NCBI GenBank assembly: GCA_009694585.1
Contig: SHUQ01000004.1
Span: 1 to 54,611 of the forward strand
From: Candidatus Nanopelagicales bacterium
GTDB lineage: Bacteria > Actinomycetota > Actinomycetes > S36-B12
Direction of reading: 5' to 3'
DNA: 54,611 bases
Position numbers and translations under genes: made by a program. Each line of letters starts with the position of its first letter. The first letter of the stretch is position 1. A model generated the notes under the pieces. It saw only the letters and a program-made list of their open reading frames with translations, searched no databases and was not told where the DNA came from. Shown here piece by piece: positions 44,398 through 53,483 of the stretch.

Positions 44398-45219
44398 GTG
44401 GCACAGGTGGATCTAACTTCTCGGCGGTCGGCAGCGGTCGTCGCGGTCAAACGACTGCACACCAAGGCTGGCCGCAAGGATTCTCAAACTTTCCTCATTG
44501 AGGGTCCACAGGCGTTGCGCGAGGCATTTTCACACCGAGCCGATATCCGCCAGGTGTATGTCACTTCTGATGCCGTGGCACGCTGGGCTGAGATTATGCA
44601 GGCGGCGCGGGCTGCAGAGGTCGAAATCACCATCGTGTCTGACAGCGTGCTTGAGGCGATGGCCGAAACCAAGTCTCCCCAGGGCTGGCTAGCGACATGC
44701 AGGATGGAGATTTCGACACTTGAGGAAATCTTTTCCGCACGGCCCCAGGTATTGGTGGCACTTGATCAGGTATCTGATCCAGGCAATGTAGGCACGATTA
44801 TCCGTACTGCTGATGCAGCAGGTGCTAACGCGGTGCTGCTAACTGGGGAGTCGGTTGACCCTTTCAACGGGAAGTGTGTGCGGGCCAGCGCGGGTTCAAT
44901 ATTTCACCTGCCCGTAGTGCCAGAGTTGAGCGTTGAGCAACTGGTAGCAGTAGCCCGGCAGCAGGGCACGGGAATAGCGGTAACAAGTGCCACGGGCGAA
45001 TGTGACCTATTCGAATGGCTGGATTCGGCTCCTGTGATGAATCCCACGATGTGGGTATTTGGCTCAGAAGCCCACGGAGTGAGCGCGGAATTGTACGAGG
45101 CGGCCGATGTGCGGGTTCGAATCCCAATCCATGGTGCGGCCGAATCTCTAAATATTGCGTCGGCCGTAGCCGTATGTTTGTACGCGGACGTGGACCGTCG
45201 GCGTGCGAGACTTACGTAA
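44398..45219 (+). CDS. TrmH/SpoU-family RNA methyltransferase
   Basis: FLIEG, DPGNVGTIIRTADAAG, FGSEAHG, ESLNIA SPOUT motifs; usual position after rplT. Confidence 0.93.
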   Translation: MAQVDLTSRRSAAVVAVKRLHTKAGRKDSQTFLIEGPQALREAFSHRADIRQVYVTSDAVARWAEIMQAARAAEVEITIVSDSVLEAMAETKSPQGWLATCRMEISTLEEIFSARPQVLVALDQVSDPGNVGTIIRTADAAGANAVLLTGESVDPFNGKCVRASAGSIFHLPVVPELSVEQLVAVARQQGTGIAVTSATGECDLFEWLDSAPVMNPTMWVFGSEAHGVSAELYEAADVRVRIPIHGAAESLNIASAVAVCLYADVDRRRARLT

Positions 45220-45243
45220 TCCGTGCGAGTGAGAAGGGGCCCA

Positions 45244-46047
45244 ATGACATACGTGAAATTGCCGATTTTTGAGCAGACCGGATATGTCGTGCTGGATTCA
45301 TATGATCAGTTACGTGATTCCCGCGAATGGGAGAACTTGGTATTCGTCGACTGGAAGTCATCAGGTGACACCCGTTTCGCCCCGCTGGCTAGCGCTTATG
45401 GGCAGATGGAGTGCGATGGTTTCTGGAATCACACTCCTGCAAAAACCGACAAAGATGGAGTATGGGTGCCGGAGAATGTGGCGCTCGCCCCTCGACTTAC
45501 TGAACGGGCCCAAGAGCCGGGTGCCAATATCGGCCGGTGCCGAGTTATTGAGCTGCAGCCAAATACGTACGAGGATGCGATTTACAACTTGCACCGTGAT
45601 GACAATAATCGGCTGAATCCCGAAGGTACCGGTTGGATCGTGCGTGCCTTTTGCAATCTGACCGACAACCGCGACTCAGTGATGATTTTGCGGGAAGACA
45701 AGGACGACCCAGCGACCGAAACTCGAATCCCGCTGCCCGCCGGTGCCCAAGTTGTTATCGATACGCAGCGGTTGTATCACGCGGTTTGGCACCCCGGTGA
45801 TGAACCAAGGTATTGCTTGATCACCTCATACGAATCCGGTCCCGAACTTGATGCCTGGATCTCCGCTCGCCACCCGGTAGCTCTGGTGCCATCAGCACCC
45901 GTGGATCCTGACTTTGCCCATCAGGCGTACGCAGCGGCTGATGCCAAGCGGGCGGCACGCGAAGCGGCACTGGCGGCACAAAGTGCCGACCCAACATTTG
46001 GTAACGGCACCTTGCCCCCCACCATGGAGGTGTTGTCCGAAGCATGA
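45244..46047 (+). CDS. uncharacterised protein, putative 2OG/Fe(II) dioxygenase (Asp/Asn beta-hydroxylase-like DSBH fold)
   Basis: AGAAGGGG before ATG 45244; RCRVIELQP...LHRD (H117, D119)...[10 protein letters not shown] (H179)...GDEPRYCLI (R189); ATGA overlap with cysD. Coding status is fairly certain; function is inferred. Confidence 0.6.
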   Translation: MTYVKLPIFEQTGYVVLDSYDQLRDSREWENLVFVDWKSSGDTRFAPLASAYGQMECDGFWNHTPAKTDKDGVWVPENVALAPRLTERAQEPGANIGRCRVIELQPNTYEDAIYNLHRDDNNRLNPEGTGWIVRAFCNLTDNRDSVMILREDKDDPATETRIPLPAGAQVVIDTQRLYHAVWHPGDEPRYCLITSYESGPELDAWISARHPVALVPSAPVDPDFAHQAYAAADAKRAAREAALAAQSADPTFGNGTLPPTMEVLSEA

Positions 46048-46961
46048 CCGATTTAGCGATTCCGTACGCAGCAGTGCTCCACGAGCTTGAAGCCGAAGCA
46101 ATTCATATTTACCGCGAGACCGCAGCAGCATTTCGCAACCCCGTGTTGCTTTACAGCATCGGCAAGGACTCTTCGGTGCTTTTGCATTTAGCCCTGAAGG
46201 CCTTCGCGCCAGCGCCGCTCCCATTCCCAGTCATGCACATCGATACCACCTGGAAGTTCCGCGAGATGATCGAGTTTCGTGATCTTCGCGCACAACAACT
46301 CGGGCTTGATCTACGGATCGCCCAGAACACAGCCGCGATGAACGAAGGGGTTACGCCATTTACGCATGGCACTCATGAGTACACGCGATTGATGAAGACT
46401 GTGGCACTTCGTGAGGGCATTGATAAGTATGGCTTTGACGCTGCAATAGGCGGCGCGCGTCGTGATGAAGAACGTAGTCGCGCTAAGGAGCGGATTTTCA
46501 GCCTTCGTGAACCAGGGCACCGCTGGGATCCGCGTAAGCAGCGACCAGAGTTCTGGCGAACCGCGAATACCACTTTGTCTGAGGGTCAAAGCATGCGAGT
46601 ATTCCCGCTTTCCAACTGGACCGAACTTGATGTTTGGCGATATATAGAACGTGAAGATATTCCGATTCCATCGCTGTACCTCGCCAAACCACGACCAGTT
46701 GTGGAGCGCGAAGGCGTCTTGATCATGGTCGATGACGAGAGGTTCCCGCTGCGCCCAGGAGAGCAAGCACAAATGAGATCCGTGCGTTTTCGAACCCTTG
46801 GCTGCTATCCACTAAGTGGTGCGGTGGAGTCCACGGCTGACACCATTGCCGACCTAATCGCCGAGATGGAGTCGTCCAATGTCTCTGAGCGTGCAGGTAG
46901 GTTGATCGACGGTGATGGCGGCAGTTCGATGGAGTCCAAGAAAGCTGAGGGTTACTTCTGA
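46044..46961 (+). CDS. cysD: sulfate adenylyltransferase subunit 2 (NodP-like)
   Basis: [53 protein letters not shown]-terminus. Confidence 0.96.
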   Translation: MTDLAIPYAAVLHELEAEAIHIYRETAAAFRNPVLLYSIGKDSSVLLHLALKAFAPAPLPFPVMHIDTTWKFREMIEFRDLRAQQLGLDLRIAQNTAAMNEGVTPFTHGTHEYTRLMKTVALREGIDKYGFDAAIGGARRDEERSRAKERIFSLREPGHRWDPRKQRPEFWRTANTTLSEGQSMRVFPLSNWTELDVWRYIEREDIPIPSLYLAKPRPVVEREGVLIMVDDERFPLRPGEQAQMRSVRFRTLGCYPLSGAVESTADTIADLIAEMESSNVSERAGRLIDGDGGSSMESKKAEGYF

Positions 46962-48808
46962 TGTCTACCTCGCTAACGCCGGTGTTGCATCTTGTTACCT
47001 GTGGCTCCGTGGATGACGGTAAGTCGACCCTCATTGGTCGATTACTCGCCGAAACTGGCAGTGTGCCAAGTGATCAACTTGAGTACGCTCGCCAAACCCG
47101 CCGCGGCGGCTCGACTATTCCGGTTGGCGAGATTGATTTCTCGCTATTGACCGATGGCCTAGAAGCCGAGCGCGAACAGGGCATAACCATCGACGTTGCA
47201 TACCGGCACATGAATTTGCCGAATGGACGGCGGGTGCTTATCGCGGACGCCCCAGGCCACGAGCAGTACACCCGCAATATGGCAGTAGCCGCTTCGAACG
47301 GAGATGTCGCGGTGTTACTAGTTGACGCAGCGCGTGGGGTGCGCAAGCAAACACATCGGCATTTGACCGTCTGTGCCTTGATGGGCGTTAAAACGGTGGT
47401 GATTGCCGTAAACAAGATGGACCTAATTGACTATGACTGCGACACATTTGAAATATTGGTTGCGGAAATTACAGCCACTGCGTCTCGCCTCGGGGTACCC
47501 CAGGTCGTCGCAATCCCAATGAGCGCTTTCGCTGGCGAAAACGTTACGGCGGCGGCAACCACCATGCCTTGGTACCAAGGCCCCCACCTATTGGAGTTTT
47601 TGTCGGCGTGGGTGCCCATCGCTGACACCACAGCCTCACCATTTCGATTCCCGGTTCAGTTTGTAGTTCGCGCCGAAGGCAACTTTCGCGGCTACGCCGG
47701 AACGGTAGTGGCCGGTGAAATCGCACCCGGTGATGAGATCACCGTCGCCGATTCAGGCCGCACGGCGATTATCGATCGCATTGTTACTTATGAAAAAGAC
47801 TTGTCGAAGGCCGTGGCCGGACAAGCGGTTACCTTGACTCTCGATCATGAGGTTGATGTAACTCGCGGTGACCTTCTAGCCGCGAGCGGGGCAGGTTTGG
47901 TGCAGCCCGCCGACCGCTTTGGCGCGGACCTTGTCTGGCTTAGTGAAGAGCCACTGGCCCACGGCCGCTCCTACCTGCTGGTTTCGGGTTCAAGGTCAGT
48001 GCCAGCCACAGTAACCAGCGTTCGGTTCCAACTAGATGTTGAATCTGGTTTTGAGCATGCAGCCAGACTGCTCAATATGAACGATATCGGGCGTGTTGAG
48101 ATTGCGACCGATAAGCCGATCCCGATGGATCCATATGCGCTATGCCGAGATACCGGCGGTTTTTTGCTGGTTGACCGGGTGACCGCCGACACCGTCGCTG
48201 CGGGTTTGGTGCGGCATGTGATGCGACGAGCTTTCAATGTGGTACCGCATACCTATGACGTTGATCGCGAGGCGCGAGTTCGATTGATGGGTCATTCGGG
48301 CAAGGTGATCTGGCTAACCGGACTGCCCGGTTCAGGTAAGTCCACGATTGCTGATGCAGCGGTGGTGCGGCTGCACGCGATGGGCGTTCACACCTATGTG
48401 CTTGACGGTGACAACGTGCGCACCGGGTTGAATAAGGATCTTGGGTTCACTCCAGAGGACCGAGCCGAGAATGTGCGTCGGGTTGCTGAAGTTGGCAAAT
48501 TGATGAGCGATGCGGGTTTAGTTGTACTGGTGGCTCTTGTGTCGCCTTATCGCGGGGATCGGGCGGCAGCGCGCGAGCTGTTTTCCGCAGGGGATTTCCT
48601 TGAAGTTTATGTTGACACTCCCGTTGAGGTATGTGCTGAACGCGATCCCAAGGGCCTTTATGCCAAGGCGGCTGCTGGAAACCTACCCAATATGACCGGT
48701 CGCGGTCAGGCCTACCAGGTACCGGAGCATCCTGACCTGATTTTGCACGGAACTGGAGATCTTGACGCCACGGTGGAGCAATTGGCCAAGGCGATCCTCG
48801 GCGAGTGA
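46961..48808 (+). CDS. cysNC: bifunctional sulfate adenylyltransferase subunit 1 / APS kinase (NodQ-like)
   Basis: GTPase motifs GSVDDGKS, GITIDVAYR, DAPGHEQY, NKMD; C-terminal APS kinase motifs GLPGSGKS, LDGDNVR, RDPKGLY. Confidence 0.96.
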   Translation: MSTSLTPVLHLVTCGSVDDGKSTLIGRLLAETGSVPSDQLEYARQTRRGGSTIPVGEIDFSLLTDGLEAEREQGITIDVAYRHMNLPNGRRVLIADAPGHEQYTRNMAVAASNGDVAVLLVDAARGVRKQTHRHLTVCALMGVKTVVIAVNKMDLIDYDCDTFEILVAEITATASRLGVPQVVAIPMSAFAGENVTAAATTMPWYQGPHLLEFLSAWVPIADTTASPFRFPVQFVVRAEGNFRGYAGTVVAGEIAPGDEITVADSGRTAIIDRIVTYEKDLSKAVAGQAVTLTLDHEVDVTRGDLLAASGAGLVQPADRFGADLVWLSEEPLAHGRSYLLVSGSRSVPATVTSVRFQLDVESGFEHAARLLNMNDIGRVEIATDKPIPMDPYALCRDTGGFLLVDRVTADTVAAGLVRHVMRRAFNVVPHTYDVDREARVRLMGHSGKVIWLTGLPGSGKSTIADAAVVRLHAMGVHTYVLDGDNVRTGLNKDLGFTPEDRAENVRRVAEVGKLMSDAGLVVLVALVSPYRGDRAAARELFSAGDFLEVYVDTPVEVCAERDPKGLYAKAAAGNLPNMTGRGQAYQVPEHPDLILHGTGDLDATVEQLAKAILGE

Positions 48809-48823
48809 GATACTGCCGACCTG

Positions 48824-49933
48824 ATGTCTGGACCTAATACCTCCTTTGACCCTAAGCAGGTCGCTGTGCTGAGCGCCGAGGCCATCACCGCCATGGTCGC
48901 CACGGCCCGCGCGGCGGTGGTGGCTGCCGCTGATCTGGCCCAGTTAAAAGAGGTCCGGTTGGCGCACCTTGGTGATCGCTCCCCACTCGCCCTGGCTAAC
49001 CGCGATATTGGCGCCTTGCCGCCAGCGGCAAAAGCCGAGGTTGGCAAGCGGGTTGGTGAGGCTAGGGCGGCGGTCAAAGCGGCCCTTGATTCGCGCCAGA
49101 TCGAACTCGAACAAGCTCGTGATGAATTCGTACTCGCTGAGGAGTGCGTTGACGTCACCTTACCGGCGGCGCGTTCGCCGCTGGGTGCTCGGCATCCGCT
49201 CACTACCGTGATGGAGAGAATTTGCGATATCTTTGTCGCAATGGGTTACGACATCGCCGAAGGCCCAGAGGTAGAGGCCGAATGGGTAAACTTTGATGCG
49301 CTAAATGTGCCACCAGACCACCCGGCGCGCACTATGCAAGACACCTTCTACGTAACTTCATCAGAAAGTGGGGTGGTCTTACGAACCCAAACCTCCCCAA
49401 TTCAAATTCGCGCGATGCTAGATCGGCAACTACCTATCTATGTTGTTGCCCCCGGCCGGGTGTATCGCACCGATGAACTTGACGCCACCCATACTCCAGT
49501 TTTTCATCAGGTTGAAGGTCTTGCGGTTGACGAAGGGTTGACCATGGGGGACCTAAAGGGCACCCTTGACCACTTCGCCCAAGAAATGTTCGGGCCAGGC
49601 ATTGTGACCCGCCTCCGTCCTTCGTATTTTCCCTTCACCGAGCCAAGCGCGGAACTTGATGTTCAGTGTTTTGTGTGTCTTGGTGTCTCGGTTGATAATC
49701 CAGATGTGCCATGCCGCACCTGCGGTAGCGAGGGCTGGATCGAATGGGGCGGCTGCGGCATGGTCAATCCACGAGTTTTGCAGGCGGTCGGCATTGACTC
49801 GTCTAAGTACCGTGGTTTCGCATTCGGAATGGGAATTGAACGCACTCTAATGTTCCGAAACGGCGTAACAGATATGCGCGACATGGTCGAGGGCGATGTG
49901 CGGTTCTCTTTGGCTTTCGGCTTGGAGTCTTGA
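48824..49933 (+). CDS. pheS: phenylalanine-tRNA ligase alpha subunit
   Basis: [39 protein letters not shown] motifs. Confidence 0.97.
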   Translation: MSGPNTSFDPKQVAVLSAEAITAMVATARAAVVAAADLAQLKEVRLAHLGDRSPLALANRDIGALPPAAKAEVGKRVGEARAAVKAALDSRQIELEQARDEFVLAEECVDVTLPAARSPLGARHPLTTVMERICDIFVAMGYDIAEGPEVEAEWVNFDALNVPPDHPARTMQDTFYVTSSESGVVLRTQTSPIQIRAMLDRQLPIYVVAPGRVYRTDELDATHTPVFHQVEGLAVDEGLTMGDLKGTLDHFAQEMFGPGIVTRLRPSYFPFTEPSAELDVQCFVCLGVSVDNPDVPCRTCGSEGWIEWGGCGMVNPRVLQAVGIDSSKYRGFAFGMGIERTLMFRNGVTDMRDMVEGDVRFSLAFGLES

Positions 49934-52413
49934 TGCGCGCACCAGTGTCGTGGCTTCGCGAGTTGGTCGAAATTCCGGCTGATCAAACAGGGCGTGACAT
50001 TGCTGCTCGATTGATTCGAGCTGGCCTTGAAGTTGAAACTGTAGAAACAATAGGTGGGGGCGTTACCGGCGCGCTCTTTGTGGGCAGGGTTGTCGAAATC
50101 GAAGAACTGAGCGAATTCAAGAAGTCCATCAGGTGGTGTCAGGTTGATGTCGGAGCGGCAGGTGGCGGGATTCGCGGCATTATTTGCGGCGCGCGCAATT
50201 TTGTGGTCGATGACATTGTTGTTGTAGCTCTTCCCGGCACGGTGTTGCCGGGTGGATTTAAGATTGTGTCGCGTGAGACCTATGGCCATATCTCAGATGG
50301 CATGATCTGCTCCGAACGTGAACTGGCTCTAAGTGAAGAGCATGACGGCATCATGGTGCTCCCAGCGGGTACCCCAGGGGCCGATGCTGGGCCGATTATC
50401 GGAGTGGGCGAAGAAGTCCTTGACATTTCAGTCACTCCTGACCGCGGATACGCCTTGTCACTACGTGGCATTGCCCGTGAACTAGCAATTTCCTACGGGG
50501 CGCCTTTTCAAGATCCAGGTTTAACTGTTGCTGATCTTCGGGCACCTGCAACTAATGCATCGCCCGCGCAATGTGGTAGCGAGGACTTCGAGGCCTGCGC
50601 ACTTTTCACATTGCGAACCATTGTCGGGTTCGACCCGAAAGCGGCTTCACCACAGTGGATGAAGCAGCGCCTAACGGCCGGTGGCATGCGGCCAGTCTCA
50701 CTCGCGGTCGATGTCACTAACTACGTCATGCTCGAATTGGGCCAACCGCTGCACGCATTTGATCTCGATAAGTTGAATGGTCCGGTTCGTGCGGGTTGGG
50801 CGGAATCGGGGTCAACCCTAGAAACCCTCGACCATGTCACCCGGAATCTGACGCCGGATGACTTAGTGATTCTGGATGACGATGGCATCATTGGTTTAGC
50901 TGGCACCATGGGTGGGCTCGACGGTGAAATTGATGCTGACACGACCAATATTGCCATTGAAGCGGCGCACTTTGCGCCAAGTGTCGTTGCCCGGATGGGA
51001 AGACGGCACCAGCTTTCATCGGAGGCGTCAAGGCGCTTTGAACGTGGTGTTGATCGAACCTTGGCACCATATGCCTCAGCGCGTGCTGCTGCTTTACTTA
51101 TTGAATACGGTGGCGGTCAATATGTCGGCATGACCGCGGTTGAGGCGCCTCATGAGCCCAGTGTGATCAAGATGCCGGTGAGTGAGCCCGGGGCGGTTGC
51201 TGGGCTGCGCATCGATGCCCACGTGGTTGTTGAGCTACTTGTAGCCGTCGGTTGCGAGGTGCTTTCAAGTGATGACCAGTTGGAAGTCGTCGCGCCGCCC
51301 TGGCGGTCTGACTTAACCGATCCAGCCGATCTCGTCGAGGAAGTTGTTCGGTTAGTTGGATATGACTTGTTGCCGTCGACGCTTCCAGTTTCAGTCGCTG
51401 GCCATGGTTTATCAAAGTCACAGCGGCTAAAACGCCGAATTGGCATGACTTTGGCGGCACGCGGTTCGGTTGAAGTCCTCACCTATCCTTTTGTCAGCGC
51501 CGATGAGTTAGCTGATTTACAACTTCCGCTAACTGATATTCGACGATCAAAGGTGCGATTGGCAAACCCACTGTCTGATCAACAGCCTTACTTGCGCGCT
51601 TCGTTATTGCCCGGGTTACTTTCCGCGGCGCGCCGCAATTTAGGTCGAGGGATGAGCGGGGTACACGTATTTGAATTGGGTTCAGTATTTCAAGGTGAAA
51701 ACACCGGGTTGGCCCCGAGACCAAGTGTTCTAATTCGACCACGTGATGATGAGTGGGCGGCCTTAAATGAGCTACTGCCGAGCCAACCGGCGCACTTAGG
51801 TGTGGTGCTTGCGGGAGAGCGCGAGGAGGCAGGCTGGTGGGGGCCGGCCCAGCCATATGGCTGGCAAGACGCAATCCAGACGGCACTGCTCATTGCTGAC
51901 GTAATTGGAGCCGTGATCAGGATTGAGCAAGGCATCGACCCGGTATTTCACCCGGGCCGATGCGCCGAGATTAAGTGCGCGGGTGTCTCGATCGGGGCCG
52001 CTGGTGAGTTGCATCCGCGGGTTATCCAAGCTTGGGCGCTGCCGGCGCGCTCAAGTGCCCTCGAACTTGATCTAGACCAGCTCATCGCATCAGCCCCCGA
52101 CGTCAGGGCCGCCCCGGCGGTGAGCGCGCACCCGGTCGCCAAGGAAGATCTGGCGGTGGTGGTCGCTGACTCCGTAACGGTCGCCGCGGTGACCCAAGCC
52201 TTGCGGGCAGGTGCCGGTGAACTACTCGAGTCGATTCGGCTTTTTGATCTCTACCGCGGCCCACAAGTGCCCGCAGGGCACTGTTCGATGGCATTTGCGC
52301 TGCGGTTTCGGGCCCCCGACCGCACTTTGTCCGCTGATGAAACGGCGGCAGCCCGACAGGGGGCGATTAATCGGGCTGCGGCCGATTGCGGCGCGGCTAT
52401 CAGGGGCGCTTAG
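49933..52413 (+). CDS. pheT: phenylalanine-tRNA ligase beta subunit
   Basis: SWLRE, CGARN, GMICS, TPDRGY, GQPLHAFD, RFERGVD, DLVEEV motifs and anticodon-binding C-terminus; start at ATG 49933 or TTG 49930. Confidence 0.97.
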   Translation: MRAPVSWLRELVEIPADQTGRDIAARLIRAGLEVETVETIGGGVTGALFVGRVVEIEELSEFKKSIRWCQVDVGAAGGGIRGIICGARNFVVDDIVVVALPGTVLPGGFKIVSRETYGHISDGMICSERELALSEEHDGIMVLPAGTPGADAGPIIGVGEEVLDISVTPDRGYALSLRGIARELAISYGAPFQDPGLTVADLRAPATNASPAQCGSEDFEACALFTLRTIVGFDPKAASPQWMKQRLTAGGMRPVSLAVDVTNYVMLELGQPLHAFDLDKLNGPVRAGWAESGSTLETLDHVTRNLTPDDLVILDDDGIIGLAGTMGGLDGEIDADTTNIAIEAAHFAPSVVARMGRRHQLSSEASRRFERGVDRTLAPYASARAAALLIEYGGGQYVGMTAVEAPHEPSVIKMPVSEPGAVAGLRIDAHVVVELLVAVGCEVLSSDDQLEVVAPPWRSDLTDPADLVEEVVRLVGYDLLPSTLPVSVAGHGLSKSQRLKRRIGMTLAARGSVEVLTYPFVSADELADLQLPLTDIRRSKVRLANPLSDQQPYLRASLLPGLLSAARRNLGRGMSGVHVFELGSVFQGENTGLAPRPSVLIRPRDDEWAALNELLPSQPAHLGVVLAGEREEAGWWGPAQPYGWQDAIQTALLIADVIGAVIRIEQGIDPVFHPGRCAEIKCAGVSIGAAGELHPRVIQAWALPARSSALELDLDQLIASAPDVRAAPAVSAHPVAKEDLAVVVADSVTVAAVTQALRAGAGELLESIRLFDLYRGPQVPAGHCSMAFALRFRAPDRTLSADETAAARQGAINRAAADCGAAIRGA

Positions 52414-52447
52414 TTGAATTTTATGCGCGTATGCGTATAATCAACCT
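52414..52447 (+). promoter_or_regulatory. leaderless argC promoter with overlapping ARG-box-like operator
   Basis: TTGAAT (52414) - 16 bp - TATAAT (52436) - 6 nt - ATG; TGAATtttATGC resembles an ArgR box but its spacer is 1 nt short. Confidence 0.55.
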
Positions 52448-53473
52448 ATGATCACCGCTGCTGTTGCCGGGGCCTCGGGGTATGCCGGCGGCGAACTACT
52501 TCGCCTCTTGGCCGGGCACCCAGATTTCGTGGTCGGCCCGGTCGCGGCCGGGGGTAAGGCCGGGCAGCGCCTGAGCCAGGTGCATCCGCAATTGATCTCC
52601 TTAGGCGATCGAGTATTTGATCCAACGACGCCCGCCGTGCTTGGCACAGCCGAAGTGGTTTTCTTGGCCTTGCCCCATGGCGAATCGGCGGCATTAGTAG
52701 CGCAGTTGCCTGGCACCTGCAAAGTGGTCGACCTCGGGGCAGATTTCCGACTTCGGGACGGCGCCCAGTGGGAGCAGTTCTATGGCCTGCCCCATGCGGG
52801 AGCTTGGGTTTATGGCCTGCCCGAGCTGCCCGGAGTTCGCGAGCAAATTATGGGTGCCTCGCGGGTGGCCAATCCTGGCTGCTTCCCAACCGCTGTTGCC
52901 TTAGCGCTGTCTCCGCTTTTAGTTGATGGCTTAATAGAATGCGATGACATAGTTGTTACCGCAACATCTGGCACCTCTGGTGCCGGGCGTAAAGCGGCCG
53001 AACATCTCATGGCCAGTGAAGTCATGGGGTCGATGTCGGCGTACAAAGTGGGCGGAGGGCATCAGCACACTCCGGAGATGGAGCAATCCCTCTCGGATTC
53101 AGCAGGTAGGAGTGTTCGACTCTCATTTACTCCGATGCTGGCGCCGATGCCTCGGGGCATCCTTGCTTCTTGTAGCGCAACAGCGGTTGCAGGTGCCGCC
53201 GCCGGGGTCCGCGAGTCATTGGTTTCGGCCTATGAAAATGAGCCCTTCGTGCATGTCTTACCACCAGGGCAGTGGCCGCAAACCGCTTCGGTATTCGGCA
53301 CCAATGCGGTGCACTTGCAGGTGGCATTTGATGAGCATTCGAATCGGGTAATCGTGATTAGTGCCATCGACAACTTGGGCAAGGGCGCGGCCGGTCAAGC
53401 CTTGCAAAACGCCAACATCATGCTTGGGCTTCCGGAAACTTTGGGCTTAACGAGTGATGGGGTAGCGCCATGA
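52448..53473 (+). CDS. argC: N-acetyl-gamma-glutamyl-phosphate reductase
   Basis: GASGYAG, LALPHG, DLGADFRL, ANPGCFPT, SGTSGAG, DNLGKGAAG motifs. Confidence 0.97.
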   Translation: MITAAVAGASGYAGGELLRLLAGHPDFVVGPVAAGGKAGQRLSQVHPQLISLGDRVFDPTTPAVLGTAEVVFLALPHGESAALVAQLPGTCKVVDLGADFRLRDGAQWEQFYGLPHAGAWVYGLPELPGVREQIMGASRVANPGCFPTAVALALSPLLVDGLIECDDIVVTATSGTSGAGRKAAEHLMASEVMGSMSAYKVGGGHQHTPEMEQSLSDSAGRSVRLSFTPMLAPMPRGILASCSATAVAGAAAGVRESLVSAYENEPFVHVLPPGQWPQTASVFGTNAVHLQVAFDEHSNRVIVISAIDNLGKGAAGQALQNANIMLGLPETLGLTSDGVAP

Positions 53474-53483
53474 GGTGGGTCTT

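Noticed and set aside
45200-48830. Mobile element or genomic island borders around the sulfur cassette
   Set aside because: No integrase, transposase, tRNA, or direct or inverted terminal repeats visible; no compositional shift evident by eye.
49660-49730. CxxC...CxxC insertion in PheS
   Set aside because: A common feature of actinobacterial PheS.
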